64,000 bases of DNA from an uncultured Actinomycetes bacterium (GCA_963755025.1 CAVWIH010000034.1:96001-160000); one strand, 5' to 3'. Positions 40,178 to 50,837 are shown, numbered from the stretch's first letter. The notes: generated from the sequence alone by a model not told the origin. Numbers and translations are program-made.

Positions 40178-40993
40178 TCAGGCGACCCGATCGAACGAAG
40201 GGTCGCTCGCCGGAAAGCCGAGCGTGGTGCGCACCGTGCCGTCGCCTTCGACGATCAGCGCGCTGTAGCCGCGCAGTCCCGCCACCCGAGCCAGGGCCTT
40301 GCCGCCCGACGCCAGCAGAGCGGTGGCCAGGGCGTCGACGAAGGCCAGGTCGGGGCCTACCACGGTCGCCGCGAGCAGTTCCTGGGCGGCTTCGCCGGAG
40401 TGGGGGTCGAACACGTGCAGGCCGCGCTCGTAGTTGCCCGAGGTGGCCACCGCGCGGTCGTGGCCGCCCAGCGTGACCACGGTGAGCAGACGGTCGGCGG
40501 CCAGGGGGTGGCGTATGCCCACGCGCCACGGCTGGCCCTCTTCGGGCTCGCCGAACACGGCCACGTCGCCGCCGGCGTTGATCATGGCGCCCGCGGCGCC
40601 CGAGGCGCGCACCTCGGCCAAGGCGAGCTCGGCGGCCCAGCCCTTGACCAGGCCCGTGGGGTCGACGCCGCCCGGCAGCGCCCAGGGGTCGAACCAGCCG
40701 CCCGACGCCTCGCGCGCCCGGCGGCAGAGCTCGAGCACCTGGGCGACCTCGGGCGGCGCCTCGTCGAGCGATATCTCGCCGCGCCGCAGGCGGCTCACGG
40801 GGCTGTCTGGCTGCCAGGTGCTGAACACCTGGTCGACGTGGTGCAGCACGGCGACCGCGCGCTGCGCGGCGGCGGCCGTCGCAGAGGTCGCCGACGCCTC
40901 GCCGCCGGTCTCAGTCGCCGCCGCCGTTGTCGCCGCCGCTTCCCGGATCACCAACGACACCACCGTGCCCATTACCGCTTCCGAGAGCTGCAT
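40178..40993 (-). CDS. apbE: FAD:protein FMN transferase (ApbE family)
   Basis: VMGT, DPTGLVKGW, INAGGD, WRVGIRHP, VATSGNYERG, DALATA. Confidence 0.88.
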   Translation of the reverse strand: MQLSEAVMGTVVSLVIREAAATTAAATETGGEASATSATAAAAQRAVAVLHHVDQVFSTWQPDSPVSRLRRGEISLDEAPPEVAQVLELCRRAREASGGWFDPWALPGGVDPTGLVKGWAAELALAEVRASGAAGAMINAGGDVAVFGEPEEGQPWRVGIRHPLAADRLLTVVTLGGHDRAVATSGNYERGLHVFDPHSGEAAQELLAATVVGPDLAFVDALATALLASGGKALARVAGLRGYSALIVEGDGTVRTTLGFPASDPSFDRVA

Positions 40994-40999
40994 TGGTCC

Positions 41000-41160
41000 C
41001 TCCGGTCGTGATCTTGCCGTGCCTGGCGCTCACGCGCACCTGGATGTCGCCGAGGCCGCGCGAGATCGACTGGTCGATGCCCAACGCGCTCGTCCCGACG
41101 CCCACGCCGCCGGCACTACCGCCGCGCGCTTCACGGTCGCGGTGAGGTCGCCGTGGTCAT
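41000..41160 (-). pseudogene. remnant of FMN-binding (flavinylation substrate) protein
   Basis: Strong RBS plus ATG at 41160 stops after 9 codons. Another frame reads GDIQVRVSARHGKIT, which is FMN_bind-like. Lies between the ferric reductase and apbE. Confidence 0.5.
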
Positions 41161-41183
41161 GCGTGACCCTCCTTGCGCGCGCA

Positions 41184-42620
41184 CTAGAACTCGAAGTCTT
41201 CGTGATGGATGCGCTCGCTGCGCACCCCGAGCCGGCGGGCCTGGGCGATGAGCTGCTTCATGAAGCCGCTGGGGCCGCAGACGTACAGGTCGCGGGCGGC
41301 GATGTCGGGCACGAGGCGCTGCAGGCGGCCGGCGTCGAGAGGCTGCTCGGCGCGCGGGCCCACGATCTCGTGCAGGCGCCCGCCGCGCACCCCGACCAGC
41401 TGCGTGATCTCGTCGCGCAGCACGAGGTCGTGGGCCGAAGAGCCGCGCAGCAGCACGACCACGTCGACGTGCCGCGGCAGGTCTTCGAGCATGGCCCGCA
41501 CCGGCGTCGCGCCGACACCGGCGGCCACCAGCAGCACCCGGTCGGTGTCGCGGGCGTAGCGCGTGAAGGCGCCGTAGGGCCCCTCGATCGCCACGGCCGT
41601 GCCCGGCTTGAGCCGGGCCAGCGCCGAGCTGTGCTCGCCGGCCGCTTTGACCGTGATGCGCATCTCGTTGCCGCCGGGCAGCGCCGAGACCGAGTAGGGG
41701 TGCGCCCGCCACCACAGGCCGCGGGTGAGAAAGCGGAAGTTCATGAACTGCCCGCCGACGATCGGCAGCCGGTCGAGATGATGGCCGCGCACCACCAGAC
41801 TGATCACGCCGGGCGACTCCTGCTCGACGCGCGCCACCCTGAGGCGGTGGCTCAGGCTGCGCACGGTCGGCAGGCCGAAGCGGTAGCAGAGCACGACGCC
41901 GGCGGTCAGCAGCCAGAGGCCGATCCAGTAGGCGCGCGCCAGCGGGTGACCGATGAACGGCGTGCCGGTGTCGATCTGGTGGCTGAAGGCGATGGCCGCG
42001 CCGAGGTACATGTACAGGTGGACCGTCCACCAGGTCTCGTAGCGCAGGTGTTTGCGCACGTTGCGGTACGAGGTCACGCCGGCCACGACGATCAGGCCCA
42101 GGCCGACGACCGCGCCGAGCATGCCGGGGAAGTGCGTGATCAGCGTGGCGAGCTCGTGCAGCAGGCCCGTCTTGACGCCTTGCGCGTAGCCCAGGGTGAT
42201 GAACAGGGCGTGGGCGACCAGCAAGATGATGACCCAGGGGCCGAGACGACGGTGCCAGCGCACGAGGGCGTCTTGACCGAGGGCCCGTTCGATCGCCGGT
42301 ATGCGCCCGACGAGCAGCACGGTGACCAGCAACAGGTAGGTGCCCAGCATGCCGGTCAGGCGGCCGATGGCCGTGGCCAGGCCGCCGGGAGCCACCAGGT
42401 CGTGCGGCGAGAGGGTGGGCAGCACGAGCCCCATGGTGACGATCGCACCGAGCAGGGTGAGGGTGCGGAAGATCCGCGTCCACATCATGTGCGGCCTCGG
42501 CAGCGCGCGGGCTCGCGTGCCGCTGCGCTCGCCGACGCGCCGCCTGCCGAGCTCGTCGGCGAGTGCGCCGGTGTCCCACTCATCACTCAAGGTCCTGTCG
42601 ACCTCCTCCGCGCGGGCCAC
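41184..42620 (-). CDS. ferric reductase-like membrane protein with FAD/NAD-binding domains
   Basis: WHRRLG, YETWWTVHLY, HPYSVS, IEGPYG, AAGVGATP, YVCGP, IHHEDF. Confidence 0.88.
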   Translation of the reverse strand: MARAEEVDRTLSDEWDTGALADELGRRRVGERSGTRARALPRPHMMWTRIFRTLTLLGAIVTMGLVLPTLSPHDLVAPGGLATAIGRLTGMLGTYLLLVTVLLVGRIPAIERALGQDALVRWHRRLGPWVIILLVAHALFITLGYAQGVKTGLLHELATLITHFPGMLGAVVGLGLIVVAGVTSYRNVRKHLRYETWWTVHLYMYLGAAIAFSHQIDTGTPFIGHPLARAYWIGLWLLTAGVVLCYRFGLPTVRSLSHRLRVARVEQESPGVISLVVRGHHLDRLPIVGGQFMNFRFLTRGLWWRAHPYSVSALPGGNEMRITVKAAGEHSSALARLKPGTAVAIEGPYGAFTRYARDTDRVLLVAAGVGATPVRAMLEDLPRHVDVVVLLRGSSAHDLVLRDEITQLVGVRGGRLHEIVGPRAEQPLDAGRLQRLVPDIAARDLYVCGPSGFMKQLIAQARRLGVRSERIHHEDFEF

Positions 42621-42734
42621 AGCCCGCGCGACCCGTCTTGCCGGTCACTGACTTCCTCGTAGATGGCCGGTGAACATGAAGAGGTCATGAAGAACCGCTG
42701 TGGACTGCCTGAGAATCGCGCGTGAGGCGGTGCT

Positions 42735-43010
42735 TCAGAGGGCGATCAGGATGACTTCGTCGCTCAGCATCGAGACGCGCACCTTGTCTTGCACGCCCAT
42801 CGTGCGGATGGCTTTTCTCAGGGCCGAACGCACCGTCTCGGGTTTGCGCCCGATCTTGGCGACGTCAACGTCCATGGCCGGCTCGCCGGCGGCCATGAAG
42901 GCCGTGATCAGGTCGGGATAGAAGGTCGATGCCGTGCGCCCCCGGCGCCGCACCAGTGTCGCCGGGTCTCTGGGCTTCAAATAGTCACCGGGATTCATCT
43001 TCTTTGCCAT
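42735..43010 (-). CDS. small basic hypothetical protein (91 aa)
   Basis: GGAGG RBS. MAKKMNPGDYLKPRDP..RRRGR..GRKPETVRSALRKAI. Confidence 0.6.
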   Translation of the reverse strand: MAKKMNPGDYLKPRDPATLVRRRGRTASTFYPDLITAFMAAGEPAMDVDVAKIGRKPETVRSALRKAIRTMGVQDKVRVSMLSDEVILIAL

Positions 43011-43121
43011 GCGACCCTCCACCATCGGGAAACGACCGTCGCTGTTCTTACCACAGTTCCGTCTACGCTGAACCGCCACCTTGCTTTTGCAGCGCCACGC
43101 TCGCGAGGTAGCATGCCCTCC

Positions 43122-43625
43122 ATGAGTGCGACCATCAGACCCTGCTCGGCCGACGACCTCGACGACGTCCTTGCGGTCGTCAACGCAGCGGCCACCGCCT
43201 ACGCCGGCGTCATCCCGCCCGACCGATATCACGAGCCCTACATGGGCGCCGGCGAGTTGCGCGCCGAGATCGCGGCCGGCGTGCGGTTCTGGGTGACGAT
43301 CGAGGGTGGCCGGCTGATCGCCGCGATGGGAGTCCAGGACGTCGACGACGTGACCCTCATCAGGCACGCCTACGTGCTGCCCGGGCGGCAGCGCGGCGGG
43401 GTCGGGGGCGAGCTTCTGTCCCATCTGCGGGGCCTGGCGGTCATGCCGGTGCTCGTGGGCACCTGGGCCGACGCCTCGTGGGCCATCCGCTTTTACGAGC
43501 GCCACGGGTTCTGCCTCGTCGCGCCACCCGAGAAGGATCGTCTCCTGCGCCGCTACTGGGACATCCCGGAGCGCCAGGTCGAGACCTCGGTGGTGCTGCG
43601 CGCGACAGGCGAGGCGGACCGCTAA
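43122..43625 (+). CDS. GNAT acetyltransferase
   Basis: LIRHAYVLPGRQRGGVGGELL, WAIRFYERHGF. Confidence 0.85.
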   Translation: MSATIRPCSADDLDDVLAVVNAAATAYAGVIPPDRYHEPYMGAGELRAEIAAGVRFWVTIEGGRLIAAMGVQDVDDVTLIRHAYVLPGRQRGGVGGELLSHLRGLAVMPVLVGTWADASWAIRFYERHGFCLVAPPEKDRLLRRYWDIPERQVETSVVLRATGEADR

Positions 43626-44788
43626 GGGGCGAAGCGCACCGCGACGTCGACGGCGTCGGGTGAGGCGAAGCGCGCGAGGCGCTCGCCCGAACGGGCGAGC
43701 GCCTCGCGCGCTTCGCCCGGCAGCTCGGCCAGGGGCCTGACAACCACGGTCGCCGCCCCCGGCTCGCGCTCGAGCGCCCAGGTGGCCGCCGCGAATCCGT
43801 CGAGCAGCACCGCTGGGCCTATACGCCGCTGGTTCCAGTAGATCGCGTCGTGCAGCCCCGCCGGCACGACGCGCTCGGCGTCGACGTAGGCGAGAAGGAT
43901 GTTGTCCCACGCGGGCAGGAACGTGGGAGGGGCCGGGCTGGCGGCGCGGGGCAGGGCGCCCTGGGGCAGCGCCGCTCGCTCGAGGTCGAGCAGCTCGCGA
44001 CCGCGCTCGTCGCGCAGGCGGCGCAGGCGGGGACCAAGGCCCTGCACCGCCGCGCCCAGGCGGGTCACGCCCGACCAGCGCTGCAGGTCGGCCAGCCGGG
44101 CCGGGCCGAAGGCGGCCAGGTAGCGTGTCACGAGGGCGCCCGGGCCGGCGGGTGGGAGATCGCGCTCGAGCCAGACGACGGCGTCGATCAGCGTCGGGTT
44201 GCCGGGCACCCCCCAGGGCACGCCGGCCACGGGCACCTGCAGCAGCGGCAGGTGCGCTCGCACCGCGATCGACAGGGCTTCGGCGTCGGTTCCCGGGTAG
44301 AGCTCGTGCAGCAGGTCGCGCAGCTCGCGCGCCGAGTGGGGCTCGGCGAACCACGGCCGGGCGACGGCGGCCACCTCGGCGAGCGCCACGCCGGGCGCGC
44401 GGCGGCGCAGCACGGCTTCGGCCCAAGCGGTGAGGGTGGGTTGCAGCGCCGGCCGCAGCACGAGGTAGTCGGCGGCGCTCACCACGTGCTGGGTGGCGCG
44501 CATGAGCGTGCCCTTGACCAGTACGCGCCGCAGCAGAAGGCCGGCGAGCTGCTCGCGGCGCAGGCCGGGCAGGCGCGTCCAGAGGCCGATGGCGGCGGCC
44601 CGCGAGTCTTGCGACTGCAGGCCGCCGATGCGCTCGACGGCGCGCACCACGGCGGCGTCGCGCGCCGCCCGCCGCGCCGCCTCGGGCGCCGTCGATGCGG
44701 GGTCGCGCGCCGCCGCGCGCGGCGGCAGGAGCTGCCGCGCCAGGGTCGCCCGGTTGAGCGCCTGCATCGTGAGGGTGTGGCCGGTCAT
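43622..44788 (-). CDS. AlkZ/YcaQ-like winged-helix DNA glycosylase (HTH_42)
   Basis: LNRATLARQLL, GLQSQ, LMRATQH, RYLAAFGPA..WSG, FLPAWDN. Confidence 0.85.
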   Translation of the reverse strand: MTGHTLTMQALNRATLARQLLPPRAAARDPASTAPEAARRAARDAAVVRAVERIGGLQSQDSRAAAIGLWTRLPGLRREQLAGLLLRRVLVKGTLMRATQHVVSAADYLVLRPALQPTLTAWAEAVLRRRAPGVALAEVAAVARPWFAEPHSARELRDLLHELYPGTDAEALSIAVRAHLPLLQVPVAGVPWGVPGNPTLIDAVVWLERDLPPAGPGALVTRYLAAFGPARLADLQRWSGVTRLGAAVQGLGPRLRRLRDERGRELLDLERAALPQGALPRAASPAPPTFLPAWDNILLAYVDAERVVPAGLHDAIYWNQRRIGPAVLLDGFAAATWALEREPGAATVVVRPLAELPGEAREALARSGERLARFASPDAVDVAVRFAP

Positions 44789-44832
44789 GATCGCGCCTCG
44801 TTCCTACCCGCTGCGGGCCGTCGCTGTGCCAT

Positions 44833-45657
44833 CTAGAGCGCGGCCGAGCGTTCGCTCCCCACGGCAGCCTTTCGCGCCACGATCAGCCAGGCGCAGCCGT
44901 TCATCACTTCGTGCTCGGCGGCGTCGCTCACACCCTGTGGCAGCGGCGGTACGGGTTCGACGAACCCGGGGTTTATGCGCTGCAGGGCACGTCTGCGCCA
45001 GCCGGTCGGCGCCCCGGCGCCGAAACCCTCGTCGCCCCAGGCCACCAAGGCGTCCGGCTTTGCCACCCTGACAAACTCGTCCAGGGCGCGGCCCGGCTCG
45101 CTGAAGAGCTTGACGCCACCGAAGTGAAAGACGGCGTCGAACGAGTCGTCGACGAATGGCAGGTACGACGCGTTGGCCTGAATGAGCAGCGGGTCCAACC
45201 GGTTCCGGCGGCCGCGCCGCGAACAGGCGCGCAGCATGCCGAGCGAGAGGTCGAGCTCGGCGAGGCTTCAGGATGTTCCGATGCGGTCGGCGAGCAGCTT
45301 CTGGTAGACGCCCGGACCGGGAGAGACCTCGAGCACGCGCATACCGGGCTGCAGTTCGAGACGTTCGACGATCGCGGCTCTCTCGCGCAAGGTGCGGACG
45401 CCGAAAAGGCGTCCGCCGAGCCGCTCGTTCACGTCGTAGAGGGGCGCCAGGCGATCGTAGAGGCTGTTCATGCGAGCGTCGCGACTCATCATGCGCTCGG
45501 GCCAGACCAGCCTCACGATGCCCTCGCCGGCGTCGACCGGGTGTCCGCCGCGGCAGCGCAAGCTCGTTGCGGCGCGCGAAGGGTCGCCGGCGGTGGCGCC
45601 GAGGAGCTCGCCGTCGCGGGGGCACCGCAGGATGTCGAGCCAGGCCTGTGTCGACAT
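44833..45657 (-). pseudogene. class I SAM methyltransferase (Trm112-like N-term) interrupted by in-frame TGA at 45268-45270
   Basis: ORFs 45268-45657 and 44833-45237 share one frame: VLEVSPGPG...IGTS*SLAELDLSLGML..LPFVDDSFDAV. Confidence 0.7.
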
Positions 45658-45683
45658 GGCGCCTTCCTTTCGTCGAGACGTAT

Positions 45684-45729
45684 CTTACAGCGTAAGGCTA
45701 CCTTGCGATGCTAGAGCTTGCGCTGTAAG
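45684..45729. promoter_or_regulatory. paired TetR-type operators
   Basis: CTTAC-AGC-GTAAG (45684-45696) and CTTGC-GCT-GTAAG (45717-45729), between the divergent methyltransferase and TetR genes. Confidence 0.7.
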
Positions 45730-45738
45730 GTGTCAACC

Positions 45739-46419
45739 ATGGAGTCGCCCAAAGAACCGACAGCGGGTCATCGCAGCCGCTCCGCGCGTCCGCCGCTCTC
45801 CGCCGGGCGCATCGCCCAGTGCGCGATCGCTCTGGCCGACGAGGAAGGCCTTGAGACGCTCAGCATGCGCCGCCTGGCCGACAGGCTCGGCGTCGAGGCC
45901 ATGTCGCTGTACCACCACGTGCCGTCCAAAGCCGCGCTGCTCGAAGCGATGTCCGATCGGCTGGGTGACGCGCTCCCCGTGCCTGCGGCGGGGGAGTGGC
46001 GCGGATCGCTGCTCGCGGCGGCCCGCTCATGGCGCGACCTCGCCCGGCAACATCCGGGGGCGTTTCCTCTGCTGGCGACCCGCGCTACGTCCGGCAAGGC
46101 CCTGCTCGACCGCGTGACGATCCTCATCGTCGGGCTCCAGGAGGCAGGATTCACACCGGCCGCGAGCGCCCGGGCCATGTCCTCGTTCATCTGCTCGCTC
46201 AACGGCTTCCTGCTGGCCGCCGGTGCTCCGGCGCTCTTTCGCGATCTGCCCGAACCCGCGATCGACGACTATCGGTTCGACGGGGGCCGCGCCCCGCTCG
46301 GCGACATACCGCTTGAGGCGTGGGTCCTCACCAACGACGCGGCCTTTGAGTTTAACGTGACGATGCTGCTCGACGGGCTGCAAGCGGCGTTGGATCGGGG
46401 CGACCCGGCCACGGCCTGA
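45739..46419 (+). CDS. TetR-family regulator
   Basis: EGLETLSMRRLADRLGVEAMSLYHHVPSK. Confidence 0.92.
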   Translation: MESPKEPTAGHRSRSARPPLSAGRIAQCAIALADEEGLETLSMRRLADRLGVEAMSLYHHVPSKAALLEAMSDRLGDALPVPAAGEWRGSLLAAARSWRDLARQHPGAFPLLATRATSGKALLDRVTILIVGLQEAGFTPAASARAMSSFICSLNGFLLAAGAPALFRDLPEPAIDDYRFDGGRAPLGDIPLEAWVLTNDAAFEFNVTMLLDGLQAALDRGDPATA

Positions 46420-46484
46420 GACGGCCGATGACGCCACTCCCTCGTCGGGCGGGCATACTCCCTTGTCATATACTGGAGGCCAGC

Positions 46485-47264
46485 GTGCTGCACCACTCCG
46501 ACATCGGCGTCTCGACGGGCGCGTTCTCCGAGCTCTCGCTCGCCGACGCCCTGCTGCGCATCGCCGCGCTGGCGCCCGCCGCCGAGGTCTTCTCGTACGG
46601 CCGGCACTCGCTGCTCGAGCCGGGCAACGCGCTCGCCGTGGCGGCCGTCGGGCTGCCGTTCAGCGTACACGGCCCCTTCACCCACGCCGAGTTCGCCACG
46701 ACCTCGGGCGTCAAGCACCGCGCCGCGCTCGACCTGCATCGCCGCCACATGGCGGTCGCGGCCGAGCTCGGCGCCTTTCTCTATATCGTCCACCCCGACC
46801 TCCACCACCGGCCGCGGCCCTGGAACCCCAAGGTGGCGGCCGCCCTGGAACGCTCGTTCGACGAGCTGCACGGCCTGCAGGAGACCTACGGCCTCGAGGT
46901 GGCGGTCGAGAACATGCCGATCGCTCGCCACTCGCACTTCACAAAGCCCGGCGACCTCGACCTGCGCGGCCTGGGGCTCGTGCTCGACACGGGCCACGCC
47001 GCTCTCACGGGTACGCTGGCCGAGTGGCTGTCGGAGCCGCAGGCCAATCTGCGCCACGTGCACCTCCACGACAACGGCGGCCGCGGCCACGGCGACCGCC
47101 ACCAGCCGCTGGGCAGCGGCGTCGTCGACGTCGCCCCGGTGCTGGCCGCGGCGCGCGCCGCCGGCGCGACCATCGCCCTCGAGCTCACCAACGAGGCCGA
47201 CGTGGTGGCGAGCCTTGCCTATCTGCGCGCCCACGATCACCTGTTGCCGCTCGCCGCAGGATAG
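46485..47264 (+). CDS. sugar phosphate isomerase/epimerase (AP endonuclease 2 TIM barrel)
   Basis: SVHGPF, VENMP, LDTGH, HVHLHDN..HQPLGSG. Confidence 0.82.
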   Translation: MLHHSDIGVSTGAFSELSLADALLRIAALAPAAEVFSYGRHSLLEPGNALAVAAVGLPFSVHGPFTHAEFATTSGVKHRAALDLHRRHMAVAAELGAFLYIVHPDLHHRPRPWNPKVAAALERSFDELHGLQETYGLEVAVENMPIARHSHFTKPGDLDLRGLGLVLDTGHAALTGTLAEWLSEPQANLRHVHLHDNGGRGHGDRHQPLGSGVVDVAPVLAAARAAGATIALELTNEADVVASLAYLRAHDHLLPLAAG

Positions 47265-47277
47265 ACTGAACAACGAC

Positions 47278-49131
47278 ATGGACCCACGGGACACTCCCAG
47301 CGCCACCGCGACCGCCGACGCCGAACGGCTCAGGCAGCGCATCCGGTTCCTCGAAGACATCGAGCCCTTCAACGGTCTCAGCAAGCTCGAGCTCGAACGG
47401 GTGGCGCGCTCCATCGTCGAACGCGTCGCCGAGCCCGGCGAGGCGGTGCTCGTCGAGAGCGGCGTGCCCGGCACCGAGCTCTACGTGGTCTACGAAGGCA
47501 CGCTCGAACTCGTGCACAAAGAGGCGGTCGTCGCCCTCATCACGCGCGGCGAGGTCTTTGGCCACCCCAGCCTGCTCACCGGGCTGCCGCCCGAGTTCAC
47601 CACGCGGGCCAACAGCAGAGCCGTGCTGTACTGCATCCCCAAAGACGCGGCCTTCGACCTGCTCAGCCACCCCGAGGGGCTCATGTGGCTGGCCGGCAAC
47701 CAGCGCGAACGCCTCATTCAGGCGACGCGCGCCATGCGCGCGCTGCCCGACGTGCGCAACCGGCCGGTGACCTCGCTGGTGCGCAGCGCTCCCCTGTTCT
47801 GCGACTCCGACACGCCCATTCGCGAGGCCGCCCGCATGCTCTCCGACGCCAAGCGCAGCGCCATGCTCGTGCGCCTGCGCGACGGCCTGGGGATAGTCAC
47901 CGACGTCGACTTTCGCGACAAGGTCGTGCTCCTGGGCATATCGCGCGACGAGCCGGTCACCAAGATCATGACCTCGCCGGTGCACACCATCGGCGCCGAG
48001 GTCCTGGCGCCCGAGGCGAGCATCGCCATGATGGCCTCGGGGGTCAACCACCTGCCGGTGCTCGACGCCGAGGGCGACGTGGTCGGCATCCTCTCGGCCA
48101 GCAACCTCATGACGCTCGACTCGCGCAGCCCGTTCGCGCTGCGCCGCTCGCTGCAGACGTCGGCCACGCAGGAAGACCTGGTAAAGGCCGCCGCCGACGT
48201 ACCCCACCTGTTCGTCGACTTGCTCGAAGCGCACCTCGACGCGCCGGCGGTCATGCGCGTGCTGACCGTGCTCTCCGACGCCATGACGGCGCGCCTGATC
48301 GAGCTCTCGGTCGCCGCCCACGGCCGGCCGCCGGTGCCCTTTGCCTGGCTTGCCTTCGGCAGCTGCGCGCGCAGCGAGCTCACGCTCGCCTCAGACCAGG
48401 ACAACGGCCTGGCGTACGCCGACACCGACGACCCCGCCGTCGACGAGTACTACCGGGTCATGGCCGAAGAGGTCAACGAAGGCCTCGCGCGCTGCGGCTT
48501 TGCCCTCGACCCGCACGGCGTGCTGGCGCGCTACCGGCAGTGGCGCATGACGCTGTCGCAGTGGCAGCGCGTGTTCGCCGACTGTCTCGAGGGCGGCGAC
48601 ATCGAGCGCCTGGCGCGCGCCAGCGTGGCCTTCGACTTTCGCCAGGTGGCCGGCGAGCTCTACATCGACCTGGTGCTCACCGAGACCATGCGCGAGGCGC
48701 CCGAGCACAAGGGCTTCATGCGCGGTCTGGCCCAGCTCGGCACGCGCACCCGCCTGCCGCTCGGCTTTCGGCAGCGCATCGAGGGCAGCTTCGACATCAA
48801 AAAGCACGGCCTCGTGCCCATCCAGAACCTGGCGCGCTACTACGCCTTCGGGCGCGGCATCAGCGCGCACTCCACCGTCGAGCGCCTGATCGCGGTGCGC
48901 GAGTCCGACGGCGAAGAGACGGTGGCCGAGCGCTCGCTGCGCGAGGCCTACACGAGCATGGCGCACCTGCAGCTGCGCCACCACGCCTACGCCATCCGTA
49001 ACGGCGTGCCGCTCGACAACGTCATCGACGTGAGCACGCTGCGTCCCCTCACCAAGGTCACCCTGCAAGAGGCCATGCGCGAGGTGGCCGCCGTGCAGAG
49101 CCGCTTCCCGCGCCTCGCCGCCCTGCGCTGA
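47278..49131 (+). CDS. cNMP-binding / CBS / DUF294 nucleotidyltransferase-like protein
   Basis: GEVFG, CBS pair (GIVTDVDFR, HLPV), FGSCARSELTLASDQDNGL, DIKKHG. Confidence 0.88.
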   Translation: MDPRDTPSATATADAERLRQRIRFLEDIEPFNGLSKLELERVARSIVERVAEPGEAVLVESGVPGTELYVVYEGTLELVHKEAVVALITRGEVFGHPSLLTGLPPEFTTRANSRAVLYCIPKDAAFDLLSHPEGLMWLAGNQRERLIQATRAMRALPDVRNRPVTSLVRSAPLFCDSDTPIREAARMLSDAKRSAMLVRLRDGLGIVTDVDFRDKVVLLGISRDEPVTKIMTSPVHTIGAEVLAPEASIAMMASGVNHLPVLDAEGDVVGILSASNLMTLDSRSPFALRRSLQTSATQEDLVKAAADVPHLFVDLLEAHLDAPAVMRVLTVLSDAMTARLIELSVAAHGRPPVPFAWLAFGSCARSELTLASDQDNGLAYADTDDPAVDEYYRVMAEEVNEGLARCGFALDPHGVLARYRQWRMTLSQWQRVFADCLEGGDIERLARASVAFDFRQVAGELYIDLVLTETMREAPEHKGFMRGLAQLGTRTRLPLGFRQRIEGSFDIKKHGLVPIQNLARYYAFGRGISAHSTVERLIAVRESDGEETVAERSLREAYTSMAHLQLRHHAYAIRNGVPLDNVIDVSTLRPLTKVTLQEAMREVAAVQSRFPRLAALR

Positions 49132-49165
49132 CGAGCCTGCCCGCGGCAGTCGAGCGCCGGCAGTC

Positions 49166-50600
49166 GTGAGCAGGGGTCCGGGCGACGACACCCCGCCGCC
49201 GGGCGGCGACTCGCCCCCAGGTCAGGGCCCGCCCGCCGACCGCGACGACGACTTCGGCGTCTTCGACGAAGCCGGGCGCCTGGCGCCGGCGCCGCCCATA
49301 GCGCCGCGCGAGCCCGGCCGCTCGGCGCGCCTCCTGCGCCACGTCGTCCTCGACGTCGGCCCGCTGCGCCGCCACCGCGACTTTCGCCTGCTGTGGTTCG
49401 GGCGGGCGGTCTCGCTGCTGGGCTCCATGGTCACCTACGTGGCGATCCCCTATCAGGCCTACCAGATCAGTCACTCCTCGCTGATCGTCGGCCTCGTGAG
49501 CGCCGCCGCCCTGGTGCCGCTGCTGACGATGGCCCTGGTCGGCGGCGCCTTCGCCGACGCCCTCGACCGGCGCCGGCTGGTGCTGATCACCGAGGTCGCC
49601 TTTGCCGGCGCTTCGGCCCTGCTGGTCGCCAACGCGACGCTGTGGCGCCCGCACCTGTGGGTCCTGTTCGTGGTGGCGGCGCTCATGGCGGCGCTCGACG
49701 GCCTGCAGCGGCCGCCGCTCGACGCCCTGCTGCCGCGCCTCGTCGACCGCGACGAGCTCGTCGCCGCCGGCGCGCTGTCGAGTCTGCGCGGTACGGTCGG
49801 CACCATCGCCGGGCCGGCGCTCGGCGGCCTGCTGATCGCCGCCGCCGGCGTGGGGGGCGGCCTACGCCTTCGACGTCGCCACCTTCGTCGTGTCGGTCGT
49901 GGTGCTCACCCTCATGCACGCCGTACCGCCGCCCGCCGACGCCGAGCCGCCCAGCCTGCGGAGCATCCTCGGCGGCCTGCGCTACGCGGCGAGCCGCCAG
50001 GAGCTGATCGGCACCTACAGCGTCGACATCGTCGCCATGTTCTTCGGCATGCCCGAGGCGCTGTTCCCGGCGCTCGCCCAGCACCTCGGCGGCGCCTCCG
50101 CCCTGGGGCTGCTCTTCGCGGCGCCCGAGGTGGGCTCGTTGCTGGCCACCATCACGAGCGGCTGGACGGCGCGCGTGCATCGCCACGGCGTCGCGGTCTG
50201 CCTGGCGGCGGCGGGCTGGGGGGTGGGCATCACCCTGCTGGGCTTCGCGCCCGGCCTGGCGCTGGCCGTGGCCGCGCTCGTGATCGCCGGCTTCTTCGAC
50301 ATGATCAGCGGCATCTTCCGCATGGTCATCTGGAACCAGACGATCCCCGACCGCCTGCGCGGCCGCCTGGCCGGCATCGAGCAGATCTCGTACTCGAGCG
50401 GTCCGCTGCTGGGCGACGTCGAGTCGGGCGTGGTGGCGTCGCTGGCCGGCGTGCGCGCCTCGATCGCCTCGGGCGGCATCCTGTGCGTCGCCGGCGTCGC
50501 CGTGGCGGCGACCCTGCTGCGCGGCTTCTGGCGCTACGACTCGCGGCAAGCGGCGCCCGAAGCGCCGCCGCCCGCTGCGCCGGGCGGCGCCTCGCTGTGA
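49166..50600 (+). CDS. MFS transporter (EntS-like), frameshift near 49855
   Basis: RDFRLLW, GAFADALDRRR, DIVAMFFGMP, IPDRLRGRL. Confidence 0.85.
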
Positions 50601-50696
50601 TCTGGCGCTGCGCCTCGCCGTGACCCGGCGCTGCGCCTCGCCGTGACCGGCGCTGCGCCTCGCCGTGACCCGGCGCTACGCCTCGCCGTGACCTGA
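50588..50696. repeat. ~23 bp tandem repeat, about 5 copies
   Basis: Unit CGCCTCGCCGTGACCCGGCGCTG with small variations and no spacers. Confidence 0.85.
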
Positions 50697-50837
50697 AGCC
50701 TGGCCCCGCTCGGCGCGCCGCGCGTGACCCGCCGCGGCGCATCGTGGACTTGCCGTCTTTCTGAACTTATTGTGTCAGTGGCGTCTGCGTCGTCGAAGCG
50801 CGGAGCCACCCCACGGTAGCGAATCAGGGGAGGACTG

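Noticed and set aside
45268-45270. In-frame TGA in the SAM methyltransferase as selenocysteine
   Set aside because: The position corresponds to a Gly-type loop (likely GGA>TGA), not a Cys site, and no convincing SECIS hairpin was seen. It is a nonsense mutation or base error.
50588-50696. 23-bp repeats as a CRISPR array
   Set aside because: The units are head-to-tail with no unique spacers and no cas genes nearby.
50700-50837. Cobalamin riboswitch upstream of the corrinoid genes
   Set aside because: The region is short, and I could not find the conserved GGGAA / B12-box (GCCACTG...AGYCAG) elements.
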